Below, piece by piece: positions 51,191 through 62,252 of a stretch of DNA of 64,000 nt. Position numbers and translations under genes: made by a program. The stretch's first letter is position 1, and each line of letters opens with the position of its first letter. The notes beneath the pieces are model-generated. The model ran no database searches, had not been told where the DNA came from, and worked only from the letters and a program-made list of their open reading frames with translations. The DNA is from Veleropilina oligotropha (Eukaryota): assembly GCA_048128005.1 (NCBI GenBank), contig JBEUKZ010000019.1, positions 1 to 64,000 of the forward strand, read 5' to 3'.

Positions 51191-51931
51191 ATGTTCCACA
51201 CATTAACAAACGTTCAAGAGGGGACCGCGGTTGCCCTCCTGGAGCCGATTGATAACCGGGACGGCAAGCTATGTGTCAGCTTGCAGTCGCTCGACTATTG
51301 GGTAGGCTGGCACAACGTGCATGCCGGAGCCTTCTTTAAGACCCCGGATACCACGGTCGACGTGGCACCAGGTTTCTACAGCTTCGCTGACCTCGCCAAG
51401 ACGATGAAGAGGTCGCTAAAGAATATACAGCTAGACGTAAGCCATGCTACAGGGCTCGCCCGAATCGTGGTCCCAGAGGGGACTCGACTCGCGATAAGCG
51501 ACGATATACGAAAACTCCTCGGCTTAGACCTCTCTTCGTTTATTCTCGATAAAGCAGGGAATCTGAACCAACCGGTTCGGGGAGTACAGGGCCAACCACC
51601 TCCCCCTCCGGAGAGATCCGAGTGGCTACGCCCTGGGACTTATGACGGGAATAAGCCTGTCGGGTTTGCCATAGCGCCAACCCTGCACGTCCACCTGGAG
51701 CAGCTTAGTACAACGCACAATGTGAAGGACGGCGCCCCGAGCACTATTCTCGCGGTGGTCCCTATCACGTCGCAGATGTTCGGTGAAGCTGGCCACTATC
51801 ATAGCTATCCCGCCGGCCGGCGACTACAGGCCGGGCTAATCACAGAGTTGAAGGTGTACGTCACAGACGCAGACAGTAACCCGATCGACAATCACGGCAT
51901 GCCCATTACCGCAGTCCTTGCGATACAATGA
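51191..51931 (+). CDS. Minor capsid (penton) protein, single jelly-roll (predicted)
   Basis: VSLQSL..W..WHNV, PGFYS, LLGL, STILAVVP, ITELKVYVTD....ID..G.PI...L pattern characteristic of Polinton pentons. Confidence 0.75.
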   Translation: MFHTLTNVQEGTAVALLEPIDNRDGKLCVSLQSLDYWVGWHNVHAGAFFKTPDTTVDVAPGFYSFADLAKTMKRSLKNIQLDVSHATGLARIVVPEGTRLAISDDIRKLLGLDLSSFILDKAGNLNQPVRGVQGQPPPPPERSEWLRPGTYDGNKPVGFAIAPTLHVHLEQLSTTHNVKDGAPSTILAVVPITSQMFGEAGHYHSYPAGRRLQAGLITELKVYVTDADSNPIDNHGMPITAVLAIQ

Positions 51932-52290
51932 GCAGCATCTACGGGACCCTCCCCCTACCCCTGCTTGCAGATGAGCCCTCTTCCCCCCCGACCCGGTGGC
52001 ACTTTGTCCTTAATTGTGGGGTAGCGCCCAATAAGGGGCTGGCGAGGAGGGAGTTCATGTTTCCAAACACTAGAGGTCGGTTCGGGTTGAACCCAGACCT
52101 TCTAATGATCCACCTGACGCCGGTCCAGCCGGCCGGGGGCCCCAAAGCATGTTCCATCAGTAAGCATGGCCTGAATTCGGACTGGTTGACCCTCGCCTTT
52201 GCCATCAAGGCCCCGTGGGTCGGCACTCTGTATTTGAACGTTACGGCAGACAAGGGGAATCAACCGGCGGAACAATACAGCCACGTATAG
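51928..52290 (+). CDS. Hypothetical viral protein (120 aa)
   Basis: Start overlaps the penton stop (ATGA); its stop abuts the next start (TAGATG). Confidence 0.6.
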   Translation: MSSIYGTLPLPLLADEPSSPPTRWHFVLNCGVAPNKGLARREFMFPNTRGRFGLNPDLLMIHLTPVQPAGGPKACSISKHGLNSDWLTLAFAIKAPWVGTLYLNVTADKGNQPAEQYSHV

Positions 52291-52923
52291 ATGGACAACA
52301 CACCCTCAGCGCCAATGCTGTACCCACAGCTTGGTGGCGATGGGATTTCGGAACTGCATGAGGCACAGTCCTTCCGACTACAGAAAGTGAATGAGCTTCA
52401 GGGACAATTAGAACGAGAGAGGGACACACGGGCTGCACTATATAAAAAGTACCGACGAGGTGTTAACGTCGTTGACGGTATAGATAACGGACTAGTCGTC
52501 GCCACACTTGGTATGGGTAGCGCTGGAATTGGTCTACTGTCCACAATTGTAGCCGCCCCGGTCGTCCTAGTGCTGGAATTAGCGGCATTAGGGTGTGGGC
52601 TCGCCAGTATGGGTGGGAAATATATCAGCCGGCGCCTCGGGGTGAAGGCTAAGAAACACGACGAGATTCGAGTCCTGGCCGACAGCAAGCTGAATACCAT
52701 AACCGACCACGTCTCAAAGGCATTATCGGACGGGGTGATGTCTGATGATGAATTCCAACTGGTCACAGGGGAGATGGAGAAATACCAAGCCATGAAGGCA
52801 TCAATCCGGGATAAGAGTAGGAAGGCGCACACCGCGATTTCACAGACCCAAAGCGAGCTTATTGAGCGTGGTCGTAAAGAGGGTCGCGCAGAGCTGCTGA
52901 AAAAAATCGGAGCTGGCGACTAA
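52291..52923 (+). CDS. Coiled-coil protein with central two-TM hairpin
   Basis: FRLQKVNELQ..LE.E, hydrophobic GLVVATLG...VVLVLELAALGCG, KKHDEIRVLADSKLN. Confidence 0.8.
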   Translation: MDNTPSAPMLYPQLGGDGISELHEAQSFRLQKVNELQGQLERERDTRAALYKKYRRGVNVVDGIDNGLVVATLGMGSAGIGLLSTIVAAPVVLVLELAALGCGLASMGGKYISRRLGVKAKKHDEIRVLADSKLNTITDHVSKALSDGVMSDDEFQLVTGEMEKYQAMKASIRDKSRKAHTAISQTQSELIERGRKEGRAELLKKIGAGD

Positions 52924-54323
52924 CTATCCAGGTTGAGAGTAGCCACGACTACCCCGCTCCTCCCCCGTATTAAAGCTAGAAATTGACAGTGGTATCTGGA
53001 CAACCATGAAATCCATGAAATCTATGCTACTGTGCATTGTCGCGGTGTGCTGGCTAGGGGGTGTCTCTATCCAGGCGTCGACACACAACACTGCATTAAT
53101 TCTGGAACATACGTGGACTAGGTACCGAAATCATCCCAGGTATAACGCCCGATTCGATCACTTGCGAAGAAACTTGCTTCTTCGCCCGTGAAGAGACGCC
53201 ACCCCTGATGTCTCCCCACCGTCATGCCACTATTTTATTATCGGAGAAAATGACTGTAGCCCTGCCACACCCCGAGATACTGTCACATGTGTCCAGTGTT
53301 CGACCCCCTCGTTATGTCCTGGCAAGAATGGGGAGTATTATACCATGCTGTCTGGCTGCTTCGGTGTGTGGAGAAAAGTCGGGCACATCTCGCCCTGTAA
53401 TTGTACTTTAATATCGGGCAACTATATATTCATATAAAACAGCTGCTCCTGCATTAAAACATATTTTTCCGGCTTTCCCCTGCGTATATTGTACCATTCA
53501 AAGTTGGTTGAAGTTCACGCAGGGGCTGCTTCACCTCTTTGTCTGATTGCGCTTGTAAAAAAAAGATAAAATTGAAAAACTCGAAAAAAATATTCTGTTT
53601 ATTATTATTATTGCTTAGTGCATTCATAGTATGTATCATTGATGTCTCTCCTGTATATTCTTGTATACATTGTACTGTAATATTAGTTATAGTTTGTACT
53701 GCGCTTAGAGCTACACTAGGAGAGACATCAATGTATTAAATAATAATATTAATATCCCAGTCAGCCATCTACTTGGTTCATTCGTGCCCGATTTATGAAT
53801 GGCAACAGTCGTTAAAAGCATGACACGCCATTTCTATAGTACTATAGAAATGCTGTCTGGCTGCTTCGGCGCGTGCAGGTCGATCCATTGTCCGATTTAT
53901 GAATGAAATACCTCGCAGTGCATGTAACAATGGCCGGCCGGCTGTCTATGGTTGACTATCCAGTACAGCATAGCGTTTGATACGGATTTAGCTTTTAGTG
54001 ACCTAGTAAAAAAATGATTTTGGTCACCAAACAGTTTTCACTGGGTCACCAAAAGCTTCGACGTAAACATGGGGACCGAAATCTTGTCCAGTCATCCTAT
54101 ATGTCACGATGAGTCGGCAATGAAGGTTCTAGAATGATCAGAGATTCTAGAATGGTCAGAGATCTCTGATTGTCAAGACGTTGTATATAGGGGGGATGGG
54201 TACGTGGAAATTTATGTACACGTCAACAAATCGGCAATAAACTGATCTAGAAGGCTGTAGAAGGCTGTAGAACGCACAAGAGAAACTATATAAGCTCCCC
54301 ATAACGTATCGAGTCACAGACAG

Positions 54324-54611
54324 ATGGATAGCATTACAAGAAAACTACCTAATTTGACCATGGACCGACAACGTGGTTTTGTCGAGAACTTTCTGTATGA
54401 AGAAGCCGCCGATACTCGTGTATCGAAAAATGCGACAAGACTGGAACTGACCCGAACCAAAATTCGTAGGGACAAAATATATCAAAATATGAAAAAAACC
54501 AAGGGCAGAGTGAAAGATCTGATCGAAAAACTACGTGAGCTTGAAATTGCCCATGATGCAGCAGCCGCAGATGTACGCAGGCTGCAAAACCTACTGAAAG
54601 ACGACCAATAG
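54324..54611 (+). CDS. Small basic coiled-coil protein (95 aa), viral
   Basis: Heptad-rich C-terminus; TATATAAG ~35 nt upstream of the ATG. Confidence 0.55.
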   Translation: MDSITRKLPNLTMDRQRGFVENFLYEEAADTRVSKNATRLELTRTKIRRDKIYQNMKKTKGRVKDLIEKLRELEIAHDAAAADVRRLQNLLKDDQ

Positions 54612-54914
54612 GCAAACGTAACAACAGAACTAGGCACCCGACACACCACCATAACTTGGTCAGTCGGGGCCATCAGTATCTACCAGATACTCTGATGAGG
54701 CTTCACAAGCCGAAATGGCTGACGACCAACGTATCGGCTTGAAAAAAATCTATTTTAATGACTTGGCTGCAGTGCTGGGAGCCTTCCTGGAGGATATCTA
54801 TAGATTACGGGGCCTGCTGGAGGGGGATTAGTGATATGAGTTTCGGCCGAAATGTCCACAGGTAAGTGTTTTAATTTAATTTACTATTCTAAGCTACCCT
54901 AGTTCAGACAGCGC

Positions 54915-55205
54915 TCTGTACACACGGTGACTTTTTGTAATACAATCACTACCCCGGGGGTCTGAACAGGTGCTGAGAGCCCCCACCCCCGGGCCCCTGG
55001 GCCCCACCCTAACTCCATAGTTCCCCTCAGTAATACCAGCTCAGTTCTGAATGGGTGCTGGGAGCCTTATTTTCCCATTCTAAAAAGTGCATTCACCCCC
55101 CCTGCTGCTGAGTTGAGATCCATATTAATTCTGAAAAGGTGCTGGGAGCCTTAATTTCCCTCGCCGCGCCCCCACATAAAAGGTATGGTCACCCCCCCTG
55201 CTGCT
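54915..55205 (-). repeat. Right terminal inverted repeat
   Basis: Mirror of the left TIR. Confidence 0.95.
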
Positions 55206-55417
55206 TGGGCCGACTTGGTAAGGCCGAGTTTGCTATGGGCCGAGTTTCTCCACGGCCGATAATACTATATGGGCCGAGATGTTCTGTCGCTATTACAAGG
55301 ATAAGTTCATTTCAATCGCAAGGATCTTTTAGGTATGAATTATATAGATGCAGTTAGAGTCAGGCCCGGCGGAAGCAAAATATTATTTCTACGCCAAATC
55401 GATGGTCAACGGTTCGC

Positions 55418-58400
55418 GTGGGGATGGGGCCCCACGCGGAAGAACTTTTCAGTACTTTATTCTGTGAAAGGTCTCGCTTGCGTTCTGAGCCTTCAAACGT
55501 GATGTTTATTAAATGTTCATTTACAATCAATCGGCGGAATTTAGAGAGTGAGTTTGGTGACTCCCTTATATTTTTCACGGACAATCGCCATGTGTATCTG
55601 ATGCCGCACAATCTAAGAAAGGACGTGTTAGCTGCAGAGTGTGTTCGTGTAAAAGCAAGGCTAGAAACACTGCAGAGAAGCACAAATGAAAACATTATCG
55701 TTCAAACAGCATTGTCACTACGAGAGCAGGTCAAATCGGTATGATTAAATGATGTATGGCCCCCTCAGCCAGCAGAACTCTCGCCAGATTATGTTAATAT
55801 TCCACCAACTCTGAAGACATTTTTGCGTTTTTTACTAGGTGGAAATGAGGATGGATCCACTCGTGTCGATAGGATTGCATGGTCAATAGCCCAAGATATT
55901 ATCACTGCAGTGAGCGTTGGTACTATAAAAACATCAAAACATATCTTGCTTCCTTGGGTTATTAAAACTCTTACTGGCAATGTCGAGCTAATCAAAATAT
56001 TGAATAGACTTGGTCATGGGTGTTCTTACTCAACTCTTGAGGAAATTGACACAGCATTAAGAATTGAAAAGGTAGCAAGTTTTGACAGTGATGATGTTCC
56101 ACTGCCTACAAATGTTCACTCCTCTATTCCTACTGTCCTAGCATTTGATAATATCGATAGACTCGAAGAATCATTAAGTGGAGGTGGAACATCACATCGA
56201 GTCAATGGAATTATTGTTCAACAAAAGACAACATCTTCTTGTGTGCTACCACAGCGAACACCTGCTGCTGCTAAATCAGACAAGAGGCGGTCATTTCAAC
56301 CACCCAGCAAATTTCTGCCTGTGTACAGTGTTGGGAAAAGAGCAGGACCACCTTCGGTCAAGCCAGCTGATTTGTCAGGAATCCATGCAGATGCTGCATC
56401 ACATGCAATCCGACGAAACCATATCTGGGTGCTGACACGTATGCAGGATACTTCCAACCAGGCAGTCAGCTCATGGACTGGTTTCAATATCATGACAAGG
56501 GATCACATTAAGGTGGAAGAGGATGTTGTTGGATACTTGCCAACTAAAAATGCACCTGCAACCGATATGTCAACAATGCAAGAAATTATCAGTAATACGG
56601 TAATTCTGCTTGGACTGCTGCGAGCTGATATAGAGGGCGACTGGAACCTTCATTTAGCTTGCATCAGAAGAGTCATACCATGGTGCTTTTCTTTGAACAA
56701 AGTGAATTATGCCAGATACCTGCGACTGTACTATGCACAGATGACACAGCTTGAAAACAAAAGCCCTGGGATGTATCAACATTTCCTACATGGCTACTTC
56801 TCCGTGCAGCTTAGACAAAGTAATCCGTTTGCACGGATTGCTGTTGATCAAACAACAGAGGAAACCGTCAACAAGGACACGCAGACCGCAGGAGGTACAC
56901 GTGGCTTCAGTCAGGGGCTATATCACGCTATTATCTGACTGCAGAACACCGGGCAGCTGTTTTGAGACGACTACACGAGACTGTCATTGTCCAAGACCAG
57001 ACTCCCTTCACTCACCCTGACCTTATGGCGACTCGCATCCACAAAGATGAAGCAGATGTTGAGGTGATTGGCAATTTACTGGAGAACGATTGGACAAATC
57101 CATTTGGCAAAGACCCGTCGGATCTCATCAGTATCTCAACTGGTGCCGCTGCCACATCAGAAGTTTCGCGTGACCTCCTTCATGCATTGCAGAAAGAAGA
57201 GGATGCGTACCAAACATTTCAAGAGCAACGCCTCCAAGACGGTCAAGGTTTTTATGACACCATAAAAAAACTTAATTTGAAAAGGTTTGGTGAAGCCAAA
57301 ACTAAAACCAAGGCACAAACAAGGAAATAATCCTGAAGGCTGACAGGAGGTTGTTTGGCACCATGATCCTGATTGCCAAAAACAGAAAGCTTGGGCCGTT
57401 GCCATGGTCTCTGGCAAACGTGGATGGCACTCTAAAGAAAACGAATAAAGCTGCTCTTGCACAACATCTGGAGAGTCGGGTGGATCCATCAGAAAATATC
57501 CCAGAAGATGCATGGGGAGAATCATACCTTTGAAGAGCTCTCTGATCATATTTTTGAATCTTCTCTGCACGCTGGTCATGGAAGTGATCGAATATTTTGT
57601 GATATTCGATGTGTACAGGGATCAATCAATAAAATCTGCCGAGCGTGTTAGTAGGGGATCCCAGGAAGGTGTCACATTCAAAACAATCAGACCAGGTCAC
57701 AGAATAAAAAACTGGCGACGGTTGCTAGCATGCAGTGACACAAAAAACAAGCTAACTAAGTTCGTAGCAGAGTCATGGAGAGAGCAGTCAAAAATGGAAA
57801 AACTAGGATGTAAAACAATGTTTGTGACATGTGATAAAAAATGCTTCAAGCTTACTCGTGACAAGTGTGAGGAGGTTCAAGCCCTCAAGTCTAGCCAAGA
57901 GAAAGCGGACAATCGCCTTCTCTTACATGCACATCATGCTGCTACCAGTTTCCAGTCACTAGTTGTAGTGGCAGATGATACTGATGTGCTCATCATACGC
58001 CTGAGTCTAAGCAATGCCATTGATGCAAATATTTCATCAAGCGTGGCACAAAGTCTCGTATGAGGATGGTTGACATTACGAAATTAGCAGCAGCATTGGG
58101 TAGGGATGTATGTTCGCCCTACCATGGAGTGGATGTGACACTGTGAGTGCCCTTGCAAGTCAGGGAAAGATGACAGCTCTGAAAAGTATCCAACAAAACC
58201 ATAAAAGCAGAGAAGCATTCATATCTCTTGGAGCATCATGGACCCTGGCGCCAGATGTTTTCAACTATATCCAAGAATTCACATGTCAACTCTACTCTAA
58301 GAACACAAAAATCACCCGAGTCAACGCTCTGCGCTACCAGATGTTCTGCGCTAGAAAGGTTGACATTGAATCAGGTCAGCTTCCCCCTTGTGATGACACA

Positions 58401-58754
58401 TTGATGCAGCACTCGCTACGTGGCAACTATCAAGCTGCCATTTGGAAGCACAGCCTTGAGCCTTCTCCAGACATTCCTGAGCCATCAGCCGGCCACGGCT
58501 GGGAGATCAACTGTGACGGGGACCTAACAATCAAGTGGATGACTGGCCAGGTAGCTCCAAATGCTGTGCTAAGCCTAATCTCCTGTAAGTGTGCACGCAG
58601 TTGCCGCCTGTCAGACTGCTCTTGTATGCAGAATGGATTGAAGTGCATTGATGTGTGTAACCTGCAGAACTGCACAAATATGGCGCTAGATGATGCCGAT
58701 TTCGGACAGGATTCTAGTGATTCCGACAGCGATCGGGATAGTGGGGATAATTGA
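55418..58754 (+). pseudogene. Fragmented Academ transposase / XPG-like nuclease / Cys-rich finger
   Basis: Successive frameshifted ORFs with LNRLGHGCSY, AFDNID, GDWNLHL, NYARY, DQTTEETVNKD, SSQEKADNRLLLHA, ADDTDV, GCDTVS, LPPC....MQH..R.NYQ..IW and a terminal CKC...C...C.C....LKC...C cluster. Confidence 0.8.
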
Positions 58755-60719
58755 TAAAGGTTAATAGACTACACCATACACATCTTTTAATGATGTACAT
58801 GATCACAATTGCCATTGTTTTCATACCTATTGAAGGTATATAGTTATTATGATTGCAAGCAAATTCTTTCTAATATATAAGTTATGTCGGCAGATGTATT
58901 TCTTGCTCAATGTTCACCGTCAGGAAAATTTTAATAATACAACTTAATGTAAGGCCTTGTGCTAATATTTGTCATACAAGTTCACTTAATCTTCTTAACA
59001 ATAATATCAAATATCATATGAGCTAATAATGCACACAGAATATACAGATATAACAATACATAATACTGTTTGCAATGTCTGCATAGTGTGTTTGGCTATC
59101 TATACAAATATGTGTAATTTTGAGTGGGTTTTTTTTCACACTTTGTAAACCAGGAAGAGTTTTATAGGATGTATAAGGATATTATTGACTTATATAATAA
59201 TATGCTAAAAAGAATATATTATATTCATCTTGGCCATGACCCATATAATCTGGAATATATACAATAATTTTGAGTTTTGTAAAAATAGCATGTTAAAAAA
59301 CAAGAAACAAACAGGTCATGCCCAGATTTGGCCATATTTGCCATTGAAGGTTAACTACAATGACATTGACCTTGGTCAAAATCAAACATATGTTGTGCCA
59401 TGGCATATGCATGTTCACTATGTATTATATTTCAGGGTTTGAACATTTAATACAGTATAGTTTGCTGTTATGTATTCCGAATATAACCAAAATATGCGTA
59501 ATCAAAATTTATGCAGTTTTCAGACCCCTTATATCTAAATAGTGTTTTCAAAAAAGAAAATGGTGGTTAGTATGCCATTTTTATATATGTGCTAATTGGT
59601 CATTGTCTATATAATCAGGAAAATATAAAATAATATAACTTTCGTAATATTATTATGGTTAAAAACATGAAAAAACTAGGTCAAGTCCCGATTTTTCGCA
59701 AATATTTGATATTCAAGGTCACTTTAAATGACCTTGACCTTGACCAATGTCTACCACATTTTTCAGCATGGTGTACATATTTTATATGTATAATATTCCA
59801 GAGTTTAAACATTCTACATTGTAAAGTTTTCGAGATATTGATAATAACCCATGCTACCCCGATATGCACAATTACGGCAGCCATCTTTAAAGATGGCCGC
59901 CAAAATGACCTTAAGCTATGCCTGTGAAAAGTCCATCACATATTTTTAGACACTTCAGACATTGGTGTAACTGAAAATCACAGTGGGAATTAGTCCCCCT
60001 TTTGATACTCAAATTTTGTCTGGCTCATGGACTATTAGGTACTAGTATATATTGTACGAGTATTGTGTTCAGTGCATTGTGCACATGCCTGACGTTCTAT
60101 AAATGGGGCCCTTAAACTACAAGTTTCCAAAAAATATGTTCAGCATGTCGTAATATTATTTATTGTAATGTTAAATGCCTATAGTGATATCTGTTGGCGT
60201 TGTTATCTTTGTAGGTAAAAGCAGTTGTGAATATTAATAGCGCTCCATTTGCCCCATGCTATGATATTCGGAGATAAAAAGATGTGGTGGCAAAAGGTGT
60301 ACCGTGAATGTTTAATAAAATAGATAATCTAAGATCGAATGTAAAGAAGTCCGCAAATTAAAAACATTACCGCCTAATATACTATTGCTTGCTCGTTTCC
60401 AAATGAAAATTAAGCAAACCGTAATATATTTGTGTGCACAAAAATAACATCCAGTTAATTTATGCATTCTATAATTGAATCTATAAGATTCAACCTTTTA
60501 GTCAATGTTATTGTTATTAAACTGGAATTGTTAATTATTATTAGTGTTGTACGTATTCGAACTGCCCTATATTAGGAAATTAGCGTATTTTTATTTAGTT
60601 CCCTCATCTATTACGCGCGTTTCTCTGTTTTACTGGTATTTCTGTCTTCGTTTTCAGCCATAATTTGACATATTTCGTCCCATTATCTTGAACGATAAAT
60701 ATTCATATACAGATAAATA

Positions 60720-62252
60720 TACTGAGTCAAAAAAGGAACTTCACATTCTTTCTTCTGGGCACTAAAAAAGAACAAGAGATGGTAAAATGGTTAAATTGTT
60801 ATTATTTCATTGCTGAGATGTATGTGATGTACTCGATACACTGACAGTGCCACAATCAGTTCCATTAGGCTACACCGCCGTTCCAAAACATGTGTATACA
60901 GAATGTCAAGTCACAAGAATAGAAATTCGAAATTTCTCAGTTCAATATCGTGTATGGCCGCCTCGCGCATTCACCACTGCCAAACACCGTCTCCTCATCG
61001 ACCGCCTGATGTTTGTGAACACGTGGTTGGGGATTCTGCGCCATTGCTCTTGCAAGGCAGCGCCAAGTTCATGCAAATTCTGTGGTTGGTGTCTAAGACC
61101 ACGAAGCCTTCTCCCAAGTGCATCCCAAACGTGCTCGATTGGATTAAGGTCAGGGGACCTTGATGGCCAGTCCATGGCGTTGATTCCAGCGTTTTGAAGG
61201 AAATTTCGTGTCAACATCGCGGTATGCGGCAGCGCATTATCATGCTGGAAATGTAGACCTGGGCCATGAGCCGCCATGAAAGGAACGAGTTCGGGGGTGA
61301 GCACCTGGTCGCAATAAGCAGCAGCTGTGATGTTTCCACGAATGACCAGAAGTCGAGAACGGTTGTTCCCACAGAAAGCACCCCACACCATGAAACTTCC
61401 GCCCCCGAATATGTCCACTTCCTGCACACAACACTGGGCATACCGTTCACGACGTCGTCTCCAGACTCTATGCCTGCCGTCCGCGAATCTGAGGGTAAAC
61501 CTTGATTCATCGCTAAAGACGACTCGATTCCAGTCTCTTTGGGTCCATCGGAGGTGACGTTGGGCCCACAGCAGACGTTGACGTCGATGAAATGGCGTAA
61601 ATATTGGCCCACGATATGGACGTCGAGGATGGAGATTGGCAGCCCGCAACCGATTTCGAATGGTCTGTGAGGACAGTCGACCTCTAAACATCTCAGCCCT
61701 GGTTCGTGCAGCCGGCAGAAATCTGTCACGTAGGTGACGTAGGACGATGTAACGGTCTTCTGCTCGTGACGTTACACGTGGACGACCCGACCTTGGGCGA
61801 TCAGAAGTGGTGCCAGTTTCTTGTAGACGAATTCGCAAGTCATACACAGTACGACGGCTGCATCCCATTGCTCTTGCGACGTCAATAACTGATCTTCCCG
61901 CGTGTAACATGCCAACGGCACGTTCACGTTGCACATTTGACAATCGTGGCATTTAAAGTACCGTTAGAACCGTGGTTTAAAAGTGTTTTTTCAATTCCTG
62001 AGGCCAATGCAAACAAGTGCAAATGAAATCAACATCGATGTGAAGATTACGTGACCGACTGCACGTGCAAAACCTGATTTGGCACTAACGTCATTTGCAC
62101 AAGGAATGGATGAGTTTGAGGGGGGTTTGCTAACGTTTTTCTAGCGTCGAAAGATAGGGATCCCATTTCGGATACATAGATGTATCATCAGAGAAAAATT
62201 ATTCATTACTTTTTCAAATTACATTTTGTGAAGTTTCTTTTTTGACTCAGTA
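60720..62252 (-). mobile_element. Tc1-family DNA transposon, full length
   Basis: TIRs TACTGAGTCAAAAAAG(G/A)AACTTCACA, TA flanks, single transposase ORF. Confidence 0.93.
60942..61952 (-). CDS. Tc1 transposase (DD34E)
   Basis: HTH + RSGRPR, FSDESRF, FQHDNA, SPDLNPIE; 34 residues between the second D and the E. Confidence 0.95.
   Translation of the reverse strand: MPRLSNVQRERAVGMLHAGRSVIDVARAMGCSRRTVYDLRIRLQETGTTSDRPRSGRPRVTSRAEDRYIVLRHLRDRFLPAARTRAEMFRGRLSSQTIRNRLRAANLHPRRPYRGPIFTPFHRRQRLLWAQRHLRWTQRDWNRVVFSDESRFTLRFADGRHRVWRRRRERYAQCCVQEVDIFGGGSFMVWGAFCGNNRSRLLVIRGNITAAAYCDQVLTPELVPFMAAHGPGLHFQHDNALPHTAMLTRNFLQNAGINAMDWPSRSPDLNPIEHVWDALGRRLRGLRHQPQNLHELGAALQEQWRRIPNHVFTNIRRSMRRRCLAVVNARGGHTRY

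Larger units (their letters stand above)
38906..55205. mobile_element. Integrated Polinton-like virus / Maverick-type element, 16,300 bp
   Basis: 5'-AGCAGCAG...CTGCTGCT-3' termini, TGGGC TSD (38901-38905 and 55206-55210), long TIRs, integrase + ATPase + capsid + polymerase/helicase genes, intronless and visibly more GC-rich than the host. Confidence 0.95.
38169..60034 (+). mobile_element. Decayed Academ-type (XPG-containing) DNA transposon hosting the Polinton-like virus
   Basis: Termini TAGTCCATGAGC...GCTCATGGACTA, 3-bp TSD TTA, ~440-bp imperfect TIRs (38169-~38610 and ~59608-60034) containing the palindrome GCGGCCATCTTTAAAGATGGCCGC. Confidence 0.8.
32162..60296 (+). pseudogene. Acyl-CoA thioesterase / BAAT-family pseudogene (multi-exon; may extend beyond the recognised exons)
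   Basis: Exons: 32162-32400 (P..LVYEK..I.ISGL....KVTVHA...GTVNLARDESL), 32751-~32845 (GLHQRGLIWSL...RLSKKDVTT), possibly ~33225-33296, 36859-37017 (GP/YPAVLDILGGACGLIEFRGS, frameshifted), 37533-37649 (LLGLSKGGEMA nucleophile motif) and 60215-60296 (VKAVVNINS, in-frame TAA). Confidence 0.72.

Noticed and set aside
53006..53411. Short ORFs 53006-53191 (signal-peptide-like) and 53208-53411
   Set aside because: Too short and motif-free to support; cannot be excluded without homologues.
38906..55205. Bacterial or phage contamination / misassembly as the source of the GC-rich block
   Set aside because: TIRs with a clean TSD interrupt a host repeat that resumes on the other side, and the gene set is Polinton-like.
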